NCBI RefSeq assembly: GCF_001194135.2
Contig: NC_068982.1
Coordinates: 137,995,278 to 138,027,723, forward strand
From: Octopus bimaculoides
Taxonomy: Eukaryota
Length of the DNA stretch: 32,446 nucleotides
Reading direction: 5' to 3'
The translations under genes and the position numbers were made by a program. Positions 32,150 to 32,446 of the stretch are shown piece by piece (within the stretch, counting starts at the first letter, position 1; each line of letters begins with the position of its first letter). The notes under the pieces are model-generated. The model was not told where the DNA came from. It searched no databases and saw only the letters and a program-made list of their open reading frames with translations.

Positions 32150-32446
32150 ACTAAATGGTGAAGTGGAGCATGAAGACTCATCTAAGGATGTGTTGGCTTC
32201 GCGATCCAGTTTTCAATCACTGCTTGGAATCCTTTTTTCGTTTTGGTCCGAAAAAAAAAAAGAGCTTTCCATCTCATTCCCCATTAAAAAAAAAACGATA
32301 GCTTATATCTCTACAGCAGAAATCAATATTTACATATTAATCAAATAATTCAATAATAAAGAATGATAATTTCTAAGAGAGGCACAAGACCAGAAATATG
32401 GCGGAGGAGGGGGGAGTTAGTCGATTAAATCGGCTTCAAGTTAGTT

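Overview
AT-rich, repeat-dense animal genomic DNA, probably an octopus (inferred from its SINE and RTE families, not from a search). It has three assembly gaps: 9529-9595, 14161-14266 and 29085-29655. One protein-coding gene is well supported: DNAJC8 on the minus strand. Seven GT-AG coding exons between 13547 and 841 splice into a continuous 185-codon frame containing the J-domain HPD motif. The first and last coding exons were not found. The rest is mostly mobile DNA: two tRNA-derived SINE families, many 3' ends of an RTE-clade LINE, Tigger/pogo-, hAT- and piggyBac-like MITEs, a 216-bp foldback, and an inverted pair of Penelope-like (GIY-YIG) retroelement ends. The most interesting signals are (1) a Penelope 3' region carrying a tRNA-like Pol III promoter upstream of a minimal hammerhead ribozyme, intact in one copy and core-mutated in the other; (2) a duplicated ~277-bp unit with a 111-bp perfectly identical core and diverged flanks; and (3) orphan minus-strand splice signals plus a promoter-like motif cluster near 31.7-32.1 kb. 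Most ORFs in the supplied track are repeat or microsatellite artefacts. Repeat boundaries are approximate (about 10-20 bp); exon boundaries were read base by base.
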